Part shown: in pieces, positions 29,208 to 40,229 of the stretch
How positions within the stretch are numbered: position 1 is the stretch's first letter
Layout: every line of letters begins with the position of its first letter
DNA from: an uncultured Verrucomicrobiae bacterium
Lineage (GTDB): Bacteria > Verrucomicrobiota > Verrucomicrobiia > Chthoniobacterales > Chthoniobacteraceae
Assembly (NCBI GenBank): GCA_963828525.1
Contig: CAWHEP010000009.1
Location: 32,001-96,000 of the forward strand
Length of the DNA stretch: 64,000 bases
Direction: 5' to 3'
Program-made: the position numbers and the translations under genes
Notes under the pieces: model-generated
Told to the model about the DNA's origin: nothing
What the model saw: the letters and a program-made list of their open reading frames with translations, nothing else
Database searches by the model: none

Positions 29208-30320
29208 CTACGACACGGGCACGGGCTCGGGGCCTGATTCCGTTCCCCCATTGAGAGAACCCCCCTCATCCGGGGTTTCCAGGCCGAGCAATTCTCTTTG
29301 CCACGGAAGAAGCTTACCTTCATCGCGCCCCCCCGCGAGGCCCTCCAATACCGCCTTGGACGCGATAAGAGAGGGGTCAAGCTTGAGTTCTTCCGCAATG
29401 TGATCCCGCGTTTTCTTCAACGCGCGGAATCGCTCTTCCTCTCCATGCGCCGGGCGAAATCGCGGTCTCCGCAGCGGTTGCGGCCAGTCGGTTTCGGGCA
29501 AGGCGAGAGCAGCCTCCGCCGCAAGATAGAAACGCCTCCGCCTGCCGCCATCGAGGTGGTGTAACCGAATCGGTTCACCTTGGGCAAAGCGATGCGCGGA
29601 TTCCACCATGTCTTCGTTGCGCAGGATGTGGAATGGAGGCCTGTCCACACGCTGGGCCTCCGTCTCGCGCCATTGCCAAAGAGAGCGGAGAATGGCGGAA
29701 CTTCGACCCGCAAGTTCGGCGCTGCCCGCAATCCTCCATGCATTCTCCAAATCCCGCTCCCTGTTTATGGCCGACTGCGCGACAGCTTTTTGGCAGGACT
29801 GCTCGAACCATGGCCATCTTCCAAGCTCGCGCAGCTCAGCCTCCAGGCGTTCCGCGAGCGAGAAAAGATGACAGGTGTCATTCACCGCATAATCAATCAT
29901 CTTTTGCGGCAGCGGGCGTATCGCCCAATTTGCCTTCTGCGAGGACTTGACCAGAGCCAAGCCGAAAAATTCCGAGATGAGCGCAGCCAGGCTAAATGCC
30001 AAGCGCCCCGTCAGCCGCGCGGCAATCATGGTATCGAAGACAGCTCCGACGGCGTTCAGTCCCGCTTTCCGGAGGAGGCGCAGATCGAAATCAGCTCCAT
30101 GGAGAATCAAGTTGCGGGAACTGATGGCGTCAAGAAACGGCTGCAGGGACACACCAGCGAGAGGATCAATCAAGACGTCGCAGCCAGGAATGCTTACCTG
30201 GATGAGACAGAGCTTTTCGAAATACGAGTGGAGGCTATCGGCCTCAGTGTCCACCGCCACTCTCGGAGCGGAGGAAAGCCGAAGCGCGAAATCGCGAAGC
30301 CCGTCAACAGAATCGATCAC
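29208..30320 (-). CDS. rnd: ribonuclease D (DEDDy exonuclease + HRDC domains)
   Basis: AVDTEADS, LCLIQVS, FDTMIAA, NWAIRPL, YAVND, WRETEAQRVDRPPF. Confidence 0.92.
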   Translation of the reverse strand: MIDSVDGLRDFALRLSSAPRVAVDTEADSLHSYFEKLCLIQVSIPGCDVLIDPLAGVSLQPFLDAISSRNLILHGADFDLRLLRKAGLNAVGAVFDTMIAARLTGRLAFSLAALISEFFGLALVKSSQKANWAIRPLPQKMIDYAVNDTCHLFSLAERLEAELRELGRWPWFEQSCQKAVAQSAINRERDLENAWRIAGSAELAGRSSAILRSLWQWRETEAQRVDRPPFHILRNEDMVESAHRFAQGEPIRLHHLDGGRRRRFYLAAEAALALPETDWPQPLRRPRFRPAHGEEERFRALKKTRDHIAEELKLDPSLIASKAVLEGLAGGRDEGKLLPWQRELLGLETPDEGGSLNGGTESGPEPVPVS

Positions 30321-30332
30321 GGCGGGAACGAA

Positions 30333-31634
30333 CTAGCGCAGCCCGGCAAGAAGCAGTTCAGTGTTCGTGCCGGTGGCCTGCAGGTTCTTCAGCAGAAACT
30401 GCATCGCTTCGACGGGTGGCAAAGCGGCGAGCACTTTCCGCATAAGATGGACCCGCGGCAACTCCTGAGGGTGATAAAGCAGTTCCTCCCTCCGCGTCGC
30501 GGAATTCACAATCTGGATCGCGGGGTACACACGCTGGTCGGAAAGCGACCGGTCAAGATGCAGCTCCATATTGCCCGTGCCTTTAAACTCTTCAAAGATA
30601 ACCTCGTCCATTCTGCTCTCCGTGTTCACGAGAGCGGTCGCGACTATGGTGAGACTTCCGCCTTCCTCAACATTGCGGGCGGCGCCAAAGAATTTCTTGG
30701 GCTTCATCAACGCCTTTGCCTCAACTCCGCCAGACATGATCCGGCCCTTGGAAGGCTGCATGGCATTATAGCCGCGGGAGAGACGTGTAATGCTATCGAG
30801 GAGGATCACTACGTGCCTCTTTAACTCAACAAGGCGCTTTGCCCGGTCGCTGACAAGCTCCGCGACCTGAATGTGGCGGGAAGGAGTTTCATCAAAGGTC
30901 GAACTATAAATGTCAGCATCCACAGTGCGCCGAAGGTCGGTGACCTCCTCCGGACGTTCGTCGACGAGAAGCATGATGACGTGAATCTCTGGTGAGCTCG
31001 CGCGGATCGCCCTCGCGATATCCTTGAGGAGGATCGTCTTGCCCGTACGGGGCGGAGCGACGATCAGCCCGCGCTGCCCACGCCCCAGGGGGGCAATGAG
31101 ATCAACCGCGCGAGCGCTTAAGGAGTTGGCGACGCGATTTTCGAGAATGATGCGCTCTGTGGGAAAGAGCGCGGTCAGGCTGTCAAAATCTTTGCCAGCC
31201 ACCCAATCTCCAATCGGAATGCCCTCGATGGCGGTGACATGTTCCAGCGCCATGAACTTCTCTTTGTCCCTGGGCGCCCGAAGAAAGCCGGCAACGCGGT
31301 TCCCATTACGAAGGGAAAACCGCTTTACCTGCGCCGCGGACAAATATGCATCTTCAGGACCGGGGCGGAAGTTGTACCGGGGCCATCGGAGGAATCCATG
31401 ATTCTCCGCGGAGATCTCCGCGATGCCATCCGCAAAAACCCGCGCTCCGCGTTGGACGCGCGCGCGCATGATATCGTAGATGAGGTAGTGCCTGGACCGC
31501 TCCGGATTCGGCCGCACACCCAGGGCGCCTGCTTCCTTGAGCAAATCGCTCGCGCTCATCGCGTGCAACTCATCCACGCATACTTCCGCCGGAGCGGCAG
31601 GGGCCGAGGGCGCTACGAGGGTTGCTTCATCCAT
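30333..31634 (-). CDS. rho: transcription termination factor Rho
   Basis: [42 protein letters not shown]. Confidence 0.96.
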   Translation of the reverse strand: MDEATLVAPSAPAAPAEVCVDELHAMSASDLLKEAGALGVRPNPERSRHYLIYDIMRARVQRGARVFADGIAEISAENHGFLRWPRYNFRPGPEDAYLSAAQVKRFSLRNGNRVAGFLRAPRDKEKFMALEHVTAIEGIPIGDWVAGKDFDSLTALFPTERIILENRVANSLSARAVDLIAPLGRGQRGLIVAPPRTGKTILLKDIARAIRASSPEIHVIMLLVDERPEEVTDLRRTVDADIYSSTFDETPSRHIQVAELVSDRAKRLVELKRHVVILLDSITRLSRGYNAMQPSKGRIMSGGVEAKALMKPKKFFGAARNVEEGGSLTIVATALVNTESRMDEVIFEEFKGTGNMELHLDRSLSDQRVYPAIQIVNSATRREELLYHPQELPRVHLMRKVLAALPPVEAMQFLLKNLQATGTNTELLLAGLR

Positions 31635-32229
31635 ATTGTTCCATCACAGAAGCGGCGAATAACGCGGCCTGCGCGGCGAGTAGAGAGAGAGAAAAGTCAT
31701 TCCAGATAACTTGATGGCACTGCTTCATCTTCCATGAGAGATCAAGTTGGGCGGAAAGCATACCCGCCGCAGTCGCTTCGTCCAGTCCACGGATTCGCAG
31801 CAGACGCTCACGCTGTACGGAAGCAGAGCATGCCACGACGACCACCCGATCAAAATGCTCGAAGGCGCTGGTTTCAAAGAGAAGAGGAATATCCACGATC
31901 AAATGCGTTTCGGCCGTCCGGCTGGCACTCGCGAGTGACATCCATCGTTCACGAATCCTCGGGTGAACGATACTTTCGAGCAGCCGCCTCCGTTCCGGAT
32001 TCGAAAATACCAGTTCCCGCAATCTCTTGCGATCCACCGAACCGTGCTCGGAACAGACCGCGGGGCCGAAATGCCTTCTTACTTGATCCAGCACTTCGGC
32101 ATCCTGTGTCAGCAGTTGCCGGGCACAAACATCCGCGTCGAACAGTTCAGCAGTCATCAGGGAACTCAATTCGCGGACAAACGATGACTTCCCCGTCGCC
32201 ACACCTCCGGTGATGCCGAGGATTGGCAA
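31627..32229 (-). CDS. coaE: dephospho-CoA kinase
   Basis: GITGGVATGKS, DAD, IVHPRI, DIPLLFE. Confidence 0.93.
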   Translation of the reverse strand: MPILGITGGVATGKSSFVRELSSLMTAELFDADVCARQLLTQDAEVLDQVRRHFGPAVCSEHGSVDRKRLRELVFSNPERRRLLESIVHPRIRERWMSLASASRTAETHLIVDIPLLFETSAFEHFDRVVVVACSASVQRERLLRIRGLDEATAAGMLSAQLDLSWKMKQCHQVIWNDFSLSLLAAQAALFAASVMEQYG

Positions 32230-32241
32230 GGCGAACGCCCC

Positions 32242-34890
32242 CTACTTCTTGAATAGAGGCGATTCGGGCAAGACCGGAGGAGCGATAGAGTCGAGGGAAG
32301 TAGGCTCCACGACTTCTTCTTTCTCTTCGTCGTTCTGCTGAATCAGTTCTCCGGCCGGATTGATCAACCTCGCGGTCACAAAGATGATCAGGTTATCCTT
32401 GATATGCTGATCCACAGATGAGCGGAAGAGGCGTCCAACGAGCGGCAAATCGCCGAGGAGGGGAACCTTGTCGTCCACCTTCTGCACGTTCTCTTGCACC
32501 AAGCCTCCAAGAACCACAGTGGCTCCATCCCAGATTGTGACACTCGTCGTGACCTTCCGTGTGCTGAAAATCGGCTGGTTGATGACATTCTGTGTGAGGA
32601 CGATGGACGCGCTTTGACCCGTCGCGGCTGCGACGACCGATCCAAGGCCAAGGGCCGCAGGATTAATAGTCTGAATAGGGCTCCCATAGTTGATGAAACC
32701 TTCGAACTCGACCACTTGGGGCACCAATGTCAGGTCGATGGTATAGCCGTCGGGGCCGACAGTGGGATCAACCTCCAGAGTGACACCTGTATTTCGCGTC
32801 TCAAACGCAGTGGGCGTAGTAGGCGTGACTGGAAACACCGCGACGACAGAAGTTCCAAGGGCATTGCCGGTACCGCCGCCGCCAAAGTTTGTGGGGATCT
32901 GGGGTGGCTCGAATTCTGTGGGGTAGCGGAATTCACGGATCACTTCGATCGTCGCGCGCTGACCGCTCTTGGTAGTGACACTTGGTGAGGACAAGAGATC
33001 CACACCCTTTTTCTGATTGAGCGCTCGGATGACAAGTTGGAACTGTGGTTGCGTAAATACACCCGCAAGACTGAAGATGGCGGGTGCCAGCGTTGTCCCT
33101 CCTGAGGCTGGTGCAAGCAGCGCGTTGATCGCGTCTGCCGTAATGGCGGCGGAGCCGCCCCTGTTGCCCGCCGTGAGCGGACTTCCGCCGATGGGGGTTG
33201 TTCCGCCTGGAGGGGTGAAGGGGAAGTCGGCCGTGTTAACAGCGCCCTGGTTCCCACTCGTGCCCCCGCCGCCGAAGATCTGATTCGCGCCACCCAAGCT
33301 GAACTGACCCAGTAATGAATCAAAGCTGAGCTCTTTCAGATTTGTCTGCTGAATCTGGATAAACTTCGACTCGATTGTGACCTGGGATGGCGACTGACTC
33401 TCTACGAGCGTGTCAATCAAATCCAAAGCCTCCTGTGTATCCCGCACGATGAGCCTGCTGCCCGCAGTAATATACACGGCACTCGCGCCCGGCGGAAATA
33501 CGACGCCGTTTTGTTCAAGAAAATCGCGGGCGTTTTTACGCGCTCCGATGTTCTGACCAGCCCCTGTAGCTTCCGCGCCCCCGCCGGTTCTCGCGCCACC
33601 AGTAGCAGGCCCCAGGGAACTCACAGCCGTGTTGGTTGAAGCTTCCACGCTGATGAATCCGGGGGGCACCCTGATATTCCTTTGTCACCAAAACGTCGGT
33701 GGGCTCTGACAAAGGCACGATCGAAACCGCATAAGGCTCAACCTTGATTTTTAAATTTGCCAACCCGGTAATGTAGCGGAGAGCTTCGTAAAGCGGAATA
33801 TTGGTGAGCGCTAGGGTGATACGGGCGTCGCTGGGAGAGACACTCGTCGCCGCAGGCGCGGCGGCGGGCGCAACTCCTGCCGCTTGATCAGGCGCTCCAG
33901 GTATGGCTGGAGTCGCGGGAGCTGCCGCGGCAGGGGCTGAAGAACTGCCGGGAGTCGAATCCGTCTTGAGCACGATGTTAACACCACGGCGGGTTGGGTC
34001 GGGTTCTGTCGTGTCCAGAGTGACACTCTTCTGCTTCAGAAAATCGATCGCTTCGCGCACCGTTGCATCCTGGAACTTGATGTTTGGGATGATGATGCGG
34101 TTCAGCTTGTTCACGATGGCGTCCGTGTTCTTGGAAGTGGTGGATACAGGAGGTCCAATGATTTCGTTCCGGCCATACTTGTGAACGGGTGATTCCCATG
34201 CCTTGTCCACTTCCCAAATCATACGCGAGCGATGTTCATCGTACGCCTGCCTGGCGTAGTTATCCCGGGCTAGATTGACTTGTTCTTCTCCTTTGCGCGC
34301 CGCGATATTGTACGGATCGAGGTTCAGAATCTGCTCATACCTCTTCATCGAAAGATCATAGCGACCACTGTCGTAATAGCCTTTTGCGTCGATGAACCAC
34401 TGCTTCACCTGATCAACATTGCCATGAAACTTCGGAGTAATCGTTTTGTTGAAGTAATCTGGATCCTGCAGATGGGCCAGCAGCGCTTTCGCGTCGCTGC
34501 AATCAGGATCATATTGATCTTGAAGGACTTGCTTGGCGATGTTTGTCGCGTCGGCATAGCGCCCTTCCGAAATACGCTGTTCGGAAAGCTTCACGCTCGA
34601 TACACAGAAGCCGTCGAGAGCGCGCTCTCGCAAGGCATGCGTCGCGGCGGACTCTGGCAGAAAATCCGCGGCGGACTTATACTGAGTCATCGCGACTTCA
34701 TAGTCTTTACCCTTCATCGCCCTGTCGCCCGCGACTATGGCAGCCCGGGCTCGTTCGGCGTATCCTGCCGCCGGGCAATCTCGCTTTCAGCGGAGGATTG
34801 CACCGTCCGCGTATAACTCGCGGCGAGAGAGGAGGCGGTGGTGACGGCCACGCCAAGGAGACAAAGTGCATGAACGGAAGGCTTAATCAT
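32242..34890 (-). CDS. Amuc_1098-like secretin (PilQ/GspD family) with N-terminal TPR-like region, frameshifts near 34760 and 33670
   Basis: Signal peptide from ATG at 34890; ORF 33536..34717 (TPR-like, N domain) and ORF 32242..33669 with secretin motifs QVTIESKF, SSPSVTTKSGQ, NTGVTLEVDP, KVPLLGDLPLVGRLF. Confidence 0.88.
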
Positions 34891-34935
34891 AGATGAAGAT
34901 GGATTCTGTAAGGGGGACTCTTGGAAAAGCGGGGG

Positions 34936-35889
34936 TTAAGGCGCCTTTTCCGCGCCACCGGGAGCTATCTTGATTTTCTCCCCCGTTTTGGCGTTCTGAA
35001 TTAGCGCTTCCGCCTCGTTTATGTCAACCAATTTATATTGAACATCTGTTTCGGGAGTCACCGAGAAGGTTTTGTTTTTCTTCACCTGGAGATCGATGTT
35101 TCCCTTCCAAAGGTATTTAAACAGCCCGTACGAGTCGGGTGAATCGATCACCTTGTCCAAGATCAGGGTAAGCTTCTCGCTGGTCTCTGTATTCTGAATG
35201 AGCAATTCGGAATCATCGATGAGGACACCATTCGGGTCGGTGTGACTCTTTTTGTCGAAGCTCAAGATCTTGAACTTCGTGCCAGCGATATCGTCTCCAA
35301 TGTGCAGAAATTGACTCGGTTGTTTAACATCCAGAGTATTTATTTGAAAACTGTCGGCATCATAGGCGGCGAACTTGAGACGGAACGGTATCTTGATGAA
35401 ACGGGCGAGACGCAGCTTCGTCCAGTAAGCAGGGTGTGATTTCGGATCCTGGGGATCGGTCTTCCACGTGAATTCGTCTTGGTTCGAAAAGCCATCCCCA
35501 TCCGGATCATCCTCAAGCGCGGTGGGTTCAAGGGGATCGATTCCATGATCAAAAAACCACTGATTTGGAACAGGCGGATGGAATTGGATCGGTGTGGTCT
35601 TGGGATCAACCAACTGGCCATTGAAAACAATGTATGGATCGGAAACAAAGAGGGAGCCCTTTGGCGGAGGCGTCCACTGCGCGGGATTATCCAGCGCCTG
35701 GCGCGCCTTGGCGAGCGTGGAGGCATCTACGGGCGCAACGTTCCTGCTGATGCTTGACGGGTTCTTCAGATCATCAAAGACGTGCTGAAAAGCCATAACC
35801 TGGAAGATCAGGAACGCCGAGAGCGCGCAAAGCAGGAGCGCGCACGCCCCCAACGCAGCCTGATCGTAGTTCTTTTTTATCCAGTCCAT
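34936..35889 (-). CDS. Amuc_1099-like pilus-system protein
   Basis: MDWIKKNYDQ + TM helix; DPDGDGFSNQDEF..TDPQDPKSHP Ca-binding-like motif; position in cluster. Confidence 0.75.
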   Translation of the reverse strand: MDWIKKNYDQAALGACALLLCALSAFLIFQVMAFQHVFDDLKNPSSISRNVAPVDASTLAKARQALDNPAQWTPPPKGSLFVSDPYIVFNGQLVDPKTTPIQFHPPVPNQWFFDHGIDPLEPTALEDDPDGDGFSNQDEFTWKTDPQDPKSHPAYWTKLRLARFIKIPFRLKFAAYDADSFQINTLDVKQPSQFLHIGDDIAGTKFKILSFDKKSHTDPNGVLIDDSELLIQNTETSEKLTLILDKVIDSPDSYGLFKYLWKGNIDLQVKKNKTFSVTPETDVQYKLVDINEAEALIQNAKTGEKIKIAPGGAEKAP

Positions 35890-35893
35890 TTAT

Positions 35894-36760
35894 TCAGGTG
35901 TTCGGTGCCGGGATGACAAAATCCACTATGTCGATTCTGAGAGCGACCTTCACACTTTCAGTGCCCAAGACGAACTGGAACCGCGCCTTCTCACCAGCAG
36001 GGGCAGGAGTCGCAGCGCCGCCGGGAAGCGCGCGAGGGGGCCCTTTATCGTTCGAATTGGCAATGCGAACAGAGCGGACAACGAAAAATTGCTCCTTCGC
36101 GCTTACGACTCCATTTAGAAACCGCCGGAAACCGGGCTGAAGGGTGGTGAACTTAAGATCGAACGGGTAATAAGCAACGAGCGGCTTCTTAACAGCGGCC
36201 CCTTTCAAAGGAGCGCCTTGCTCTTGTGGGAGGGGCAGCCTGTTAATCGCGTCTACGGAAAGAACTCCCCTCGCCTCCAGCAACTGGTTCATGACGATCT
36301 CTATGGCTTTGAGCTGCCTGCCCAGCGGAGAAGCGGCTTCAGCTTTCGGGGGAACATTCCGGTAGGACTCAAATCCAAGGTAAAATCCATCCGGGAGCTT
36401 CACGCCGGCGGCAGCGGCCTTTGTGACATACTGCGCGACTGACTGTTTGAGAGCATCCTGAAATTGTACCGCGGTGATTTGCGGTTCAGGCAACTCCTGG
36501 GCAGCCAGTGTCTTGCGGAGATCATCAACTCCAGCGGCAAAGACGTCTTTCTGTTCCTTATACTTCCGCAGGTTCTGATCGTCCGGGTACGGCTGCAAAC
36601 TTTGCAACCTCAGAAGCTGAGCTACCTGCCCGTTATAGGTCTCGGACACTTCCGCATAGTTTCCATAGGCGGTATATAAAAGGAATCCCAACCCGGCGAT
36701 GCCTAAAAACATCGCGAGGAAAAAGGCGGCGAGGAATTTGTTATCGCGAACCCAATTCAT
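35894..36760 (-). CDS. Amuc_1100-like pilus-system protein (PilO-like position)
   Basis: MNWVRDNKF + TM + coiled coil; FYLGFESY motif; lies between the PilM-like and Amuc_1099-like genes. Confidence 0.75.
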   Translation of the reverse strand: MNWVRDNKFLAAFFLAMFLGIAGLGFLLYTAYGNYAEVSETYNGQVAQLLRLQSLQPYPDDQNLRKYKEQKDVFAAGVDDLRKTLAAQELPEPQITAVQFQDALKQSVAQYVTKAAAAGVKLPDGFYLGFESYRNVPPKAEAASPLGRQLKAIEIVMNQLLEARGVLSVDAINRLPLPQEQGAPLKGAAVKKPLVAYYPFDLKFTTLQPGFRRFLNGVVSAKEQFFVVRSVRIANSNDKGPPRALPGGAATPAPAGEKARFQFVLGTESVKVALRIDIVDFVIPAPNT

Positions 36761-38531
36761 TCAGGTTAATGGCTTTCTTGAGTTTCAGGTCGATTTCAAA
36801 GGGGTATGCCCACTCGGTGCGGGTCGGATTGGTGCGCAGCGGATTGACCTCATTCGTCTTGGTGAAATCAGCGCTGTACAACGGAGACTGCGCCAGGTTC
36901 TTCAGGAAATCATCGACCACCGCCAGACCCCGGGGATTCTGCGGATCCTCGATGTATAACCCGCGGATCCTGACCCCCACAACGGGAGGCTTCGCGCCGG
37001 CAGCAACCGAAGCGGAACCGGCTCCTCCTTCAACAGCAATGGGAGCGGCTACACCCTTCCCGCTGGCGTCCACGGACACCATCGCGGGATCAAGATTGGT
37101 GATCCAGATCAGCCGCTCCGGAAGACGAGCATTCAGATCATTTACGACGCTCGCCCAGTATTGACGGTCATCCGTGGCCACAAGGAACGGCGCTGCTTTC
37201 TCCTCAAGAGTTTTGATATCCTTATGCACGGCATCAAACTTGTCCGAGAACCGCTGCAACCCCGCGACCCGAGTCGTGAGAGAAAGCTGGGGATTAAGCG
37301 GATTATCCAACACGGCCCGTTCAACGGAGGCGGCGTGATCATAATAAAGCCAGGTCCCGAGAAGGCATAAGAGGATGCAGATACCCGAAAGGATGATGAA
37401 AGGCCGGCGCTCCGCCAAGGTATGCCCCTTGACGACACTGACAGGGAGCAGATTCAGCTCCATCGGACAGGCACTGATTGCCCTGAGACTTAGTCCCACG
37501 AGTTCGCCCAACACATGGGCGTGCTTCGCGACATCCTCGGCTGTGAGAGAACTCGCGAGCGAGACATTCCGGAACGGGGTGAAGAACTCAACAGGCAGTT
37601 GAAGTTTTTCCTGGAAGAACTCCCGCATGTAAGGAAGGCTCGCTGAACCTCCGCATAGATAGACTTGGGTCGGAGCGGCTCCCTGCTGCTGGGCGCGATA
37701 GAAGGTGATGGAACGGGAAATTTCGCCGTGAAGACGCGTCATCGTGTTGCGGATGACCTTGGAAACGCGCGCCACTTCCGGATCGGGAGGCTCCGCGTAG
37801 GATCCGCCAAGACTGACAAAGCCCGTTGTCTTCTTCCGAGCCTCGGCGGCTCCGAATGGTTCGTTGAAGTCTTTCGCGATCGCCGCCGTGATTGTAGTGC
37901 CGCCGATCTGTATGCTGCGCGTGAAAACCTTATGCGGTTCTACAAAGATGAGGTTTGTGGTTCTTGCCCCGATGTCGATGAGAAGAGCGCATCCAGACCT
38001 GTCGCTGTAGTTATAACGAAAGGCATTATAAAGCGCCATCGGCGCGACATCCACCGTGGCTGTCGCGAGCCCCGAGCCCTCAACGCAGTCGTTCAGATCA
38101 TCGAGGAGATCAGACTTTATGGCGACCAGCACGACTTCGAGCTTCTTGTCGCCGGGCGCTCCTTGCACAAGCTGGTAATCCCAGACGACTTCATCGATGG
38201 GGAATGGCACATTTTGCTGTGCTTCGAAGGTGATGATCTGCTCGACCTGGCTCTCCTCAACCGGTGGCAGCTTTACGAAGCGGGTAAAGACAGATTGCCC
38301 AGAGATCGCGTAGTTGATTTTGCCGCCCTTTACACGGAGAGCGGCCATCATTTCCTGGACTGCGATCTTTGTCTGAGGAATGCGCGAGGCTTCCGCCGCC
38401 GGATCCGCCAGGAGTTCAGTCGTCCGGTATGCTGTCAACACCAAACCGCCCTTGTCACTGGTCTTAAACTCGGCAAGACCGATGGTCTGCGTCCCGAGAT
38501 TAAGGCTCAGAATTCGAGTCGGCGCGGGCAT
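36741..38531 (-). CDS. pilM: Amuc_1101-like PilM (actin-like) fused to TM + PilN-like region
   Basis: FEAQQNVPFPIDEVVWDYQ, IDIGARTTN, GGTTIT, LCGGSA, LNLLP then TM and coiled coil. Confidence 0.85.
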   Translation of the reverse strand: MPAPTRILSLNLGTQTIGLAEFKTSDKGGLVLTAYRTTELLADPAAEASRIPQTKIAVQEMMAALRVKGGKINYAISGQSVFTRFVKLPPVEESQVEQIITFEAQQNVPFPIDEVVWDYQLVQGAPGDKKLEVVLVAIKSDLLDDLNDCVEGSGLATATVDVAPMALYNAFRYNYSDRSGCALLIDIGARTTNLIFVEPHKVFTRSIQIGGTTITAAIAKDFNEPFGAAEARKKTTGFVSLGGSYAEPPDPEVARVSKVIRNTMTRLHGEISRSITFYRAQQQGAAPTQVYLCGGSASLPYMREFFQEKLQLPVEFFTPFRNVSLASSLTAEDVAKHAHVLGELVGLSLRAISACPMELNLLPVSVVKGHTLAERRPFIILSGICILLCLLGTWLYYDHAASVERAVLDNPLNPQLSLTTRVAGLQRFSDKFDAVHKDIKTLEEKAAPFLVATDDRQYWASVVNDLNARLPERLIWITNLDPAMVSVDASGKGVAAPIAVEGGAGSASVAAGAKPPVVGVRIRGLYIEDPQNPRGLAVVDDFLKNLAQSPLYSADFTKTNEVNPLRTNPTRTEWAYPFEIDLKLKKAINLNELGSR

Positions 38532-38563
38532 GAATGTGTATCTGGGGAGTCTTGGAAAGTCCT

Positions 38564-39130
38564 TTAGCGGGCGCTTGTTCTAATCGCTTCGTATCGATCC
38601 CAATAAAGCGGGGCGAAAGGCGTTTCGAGTTTATTGAGAACCATTCCCTGAGTCTGCTGCATCTGCTGCCACCATTCCGCCTGCCCGGCATCCTTGAAAC
38701 TTCGCTCCGCGACCAACTGGCCCTTATTCAAAATCTGAATCCCGACATTGTCCAAGGACGCGCTGGTGACAGCGTGATTCTCGAGAATGCGCGCAATCGA
38801 GCGAGGGGAGACATACATCACGGAGTAAAGTTCCCTGCCTTTCGGGATGTTGATGTGGGTCACCTCGCCGGCAAGGAGTTTGCCGCCCATCGCCACGTAA
38901 TACTTAAATGTAAGCTCGTCCGTGAAGTCCACCTTGGAGAGGAATGCAACCTCGATCTCGAGCCACTGCTCGCTCTTTCCGAAGCGTTTTGTCTCGCCCC
39001 CAACCAGGGAGTATTCTGGAGTCCGCACGAAAGCCGGCGAGATTTTCGTGATCGTGTACTCGGCGGCCTGTCCAAATGCGGAAGCCGCTGACAGCACGAG
39101 GGGGAGGAAAAGAAGGGAAGCTTTGTTCAT
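38564..39130 (-). CDS. Amuc_1102-like secreted pilus-system protein
   Basis: Signal peptide; TPEY, WLEIEV, ETPFAPLYWDRYE; first gene of the cluster. Confidence 0.7.
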   Translation of the reverse strand: MNKASLLFLPLVLSAASAFGQAAEYTITKISPAFVRTPEYSLVGGETKRFGKSEQWLEIEVAFLSKVDFTDELTFKYYVAMGGKLLAGEVTHINIPKGRELYSVMYVSPRSIARILENHAVTSASLDNVGIQILNKGQLVAERSFKDAGQAEWWQQMQQTQGMVLNKLETPFAPLYWDRYEAIRTSAR

Positions 39131-39210
39131 AAATGGGGGGAGTTGTTAACGCGTAATTCACTCAGCGCGAATTCGCCAGCTTTAATCGCTCGAATCTTCA
39201 ACAATGGCGC

Positions 39211-40167
39211 TTAAACACGGGCGCGGAAGTAGTCGATGGTCGTCTTGATGCCCTCCTCAAAGGCGACCTTCGGCTCCCAGCCCAGCACGGCCTTCGCTCG
39301 GGTGATGTCCGGCTGCCGCACTTTCGGATCATCCACGGGGAGGGGCCGGTGTTCTATGACCGACGTCGTTTTGATGAGCCGGATAATTTCCTCCGCGAAC
39401 TGTTTGATCGTCATCTCCCGCGGATTCCCGATGTTGACAGGGTCATGGAAGTCACTCATTGCAAGCCTGAAAATTCCGTCGATAAGATCAGACACATAAC
39501 AGAAGCTGCGCGTCTGGCTCCCATCCCCGAAGATAGTCAACGGAGCTCCTGTGAGAGCCTGCCCGATGAACGCGGGAACCACCCTGCCATCATGCAAACG
39601 CATGCGCGGGCCGTACGTATTGAAGATGCGCACAATCCTCGTGTCGACACCGTGATATCGATGATAGGCCATCGTCATCGCTTCCGCGAAGCGCTTGGCC
39701 TCGTCATAAACACCGCGCGGGCCGATCGGATTCACGTTGCCCCAATAATTTTCCGTCTGGGGATGCTCCAAGGGATCGCCATACGTTTCTGAAGTCGAAG
39801 CGATGATGAAAGTGGCTTTCTTGTCCTTCGCCAAACCGAGCGTGTTGTGCGTTCCCAGAGCGCCCACCTTCAGCGTTGGAATTGGAAACTCCAGGTAATC
39901 AATCGGGCTCGCCGGAGAAGCAAAGTGAAACACAAAGTCGACCTCGCCGGGCAGAAAGATATACTGGGTAACGTCCTGTTTGATGAAACGATAATTTTCG
40001 TTCCCCGACAGGTGCTCGATGTTCGCGGCGTTCCCGGTGATGAAGTTATCGATTGCGATGACCCGGTGTCCCTCCTTAAGGAGGCGATCCGTCAGATGCG
40101 AACCTAGAAATCCGGCACCGCCCGTAACCACCGATGTGAACTGTCTGTCTAGAGGCTTTTCGCGCAT
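39211..40167 (-). CDS. UDP-glucuronate decarboxylase (UDP-xylose synthase) family SDR
   Basis: [48 protein letters not shown]. Confidence 0.92.
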   Translation of the reverse strand: MREKPLDRQFTSVVTGGAGFLGSHLTDRLLKEGHRVIAIDNFITGNAANIEHLSGNENYRFIKQDVTQYIFLPGEVDFVFHFASPASPIDYLEFPIPTLKVGALGTHNTLGLAKDKKATFIIASTSETYGDPLEHPQTENYWGNVNPIGPRGVYDEAKRFAEAMTMAYHRYHGVDTRIVRIFNTYGPRMRLHDGRVVPAFIGQALTGAPLTIFGDGSQTRSFCYVSDLIDGIFRLAMSDFHDPVNIGNPREMTIKQFAEEIIRLIKTTSVIEHRPLPVDDPKVRQPDITRAKAVLGWEPKVAFEEGIKTTIDYFRARV

Positions 40168-40229
40168 AAAAATGGTGTTTGTAGCGAGTGTTCCGATCTT
40201 TTACCAGAGATTCCGAAGGTTTCGAGCGG

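Noticed and set aside
29580..30824. 414-aa plus-strand ORF
   Set aside because: Antisense to rnd and rho; a GC-rich shadow ORF without motifs.
33650..33690. Programmed frameshifting or phase variation in the secretin or other split genes
   Set aside because: Indels are widespread across unrelated core genes, so assembly error is simpler; reads are needed to be sure.
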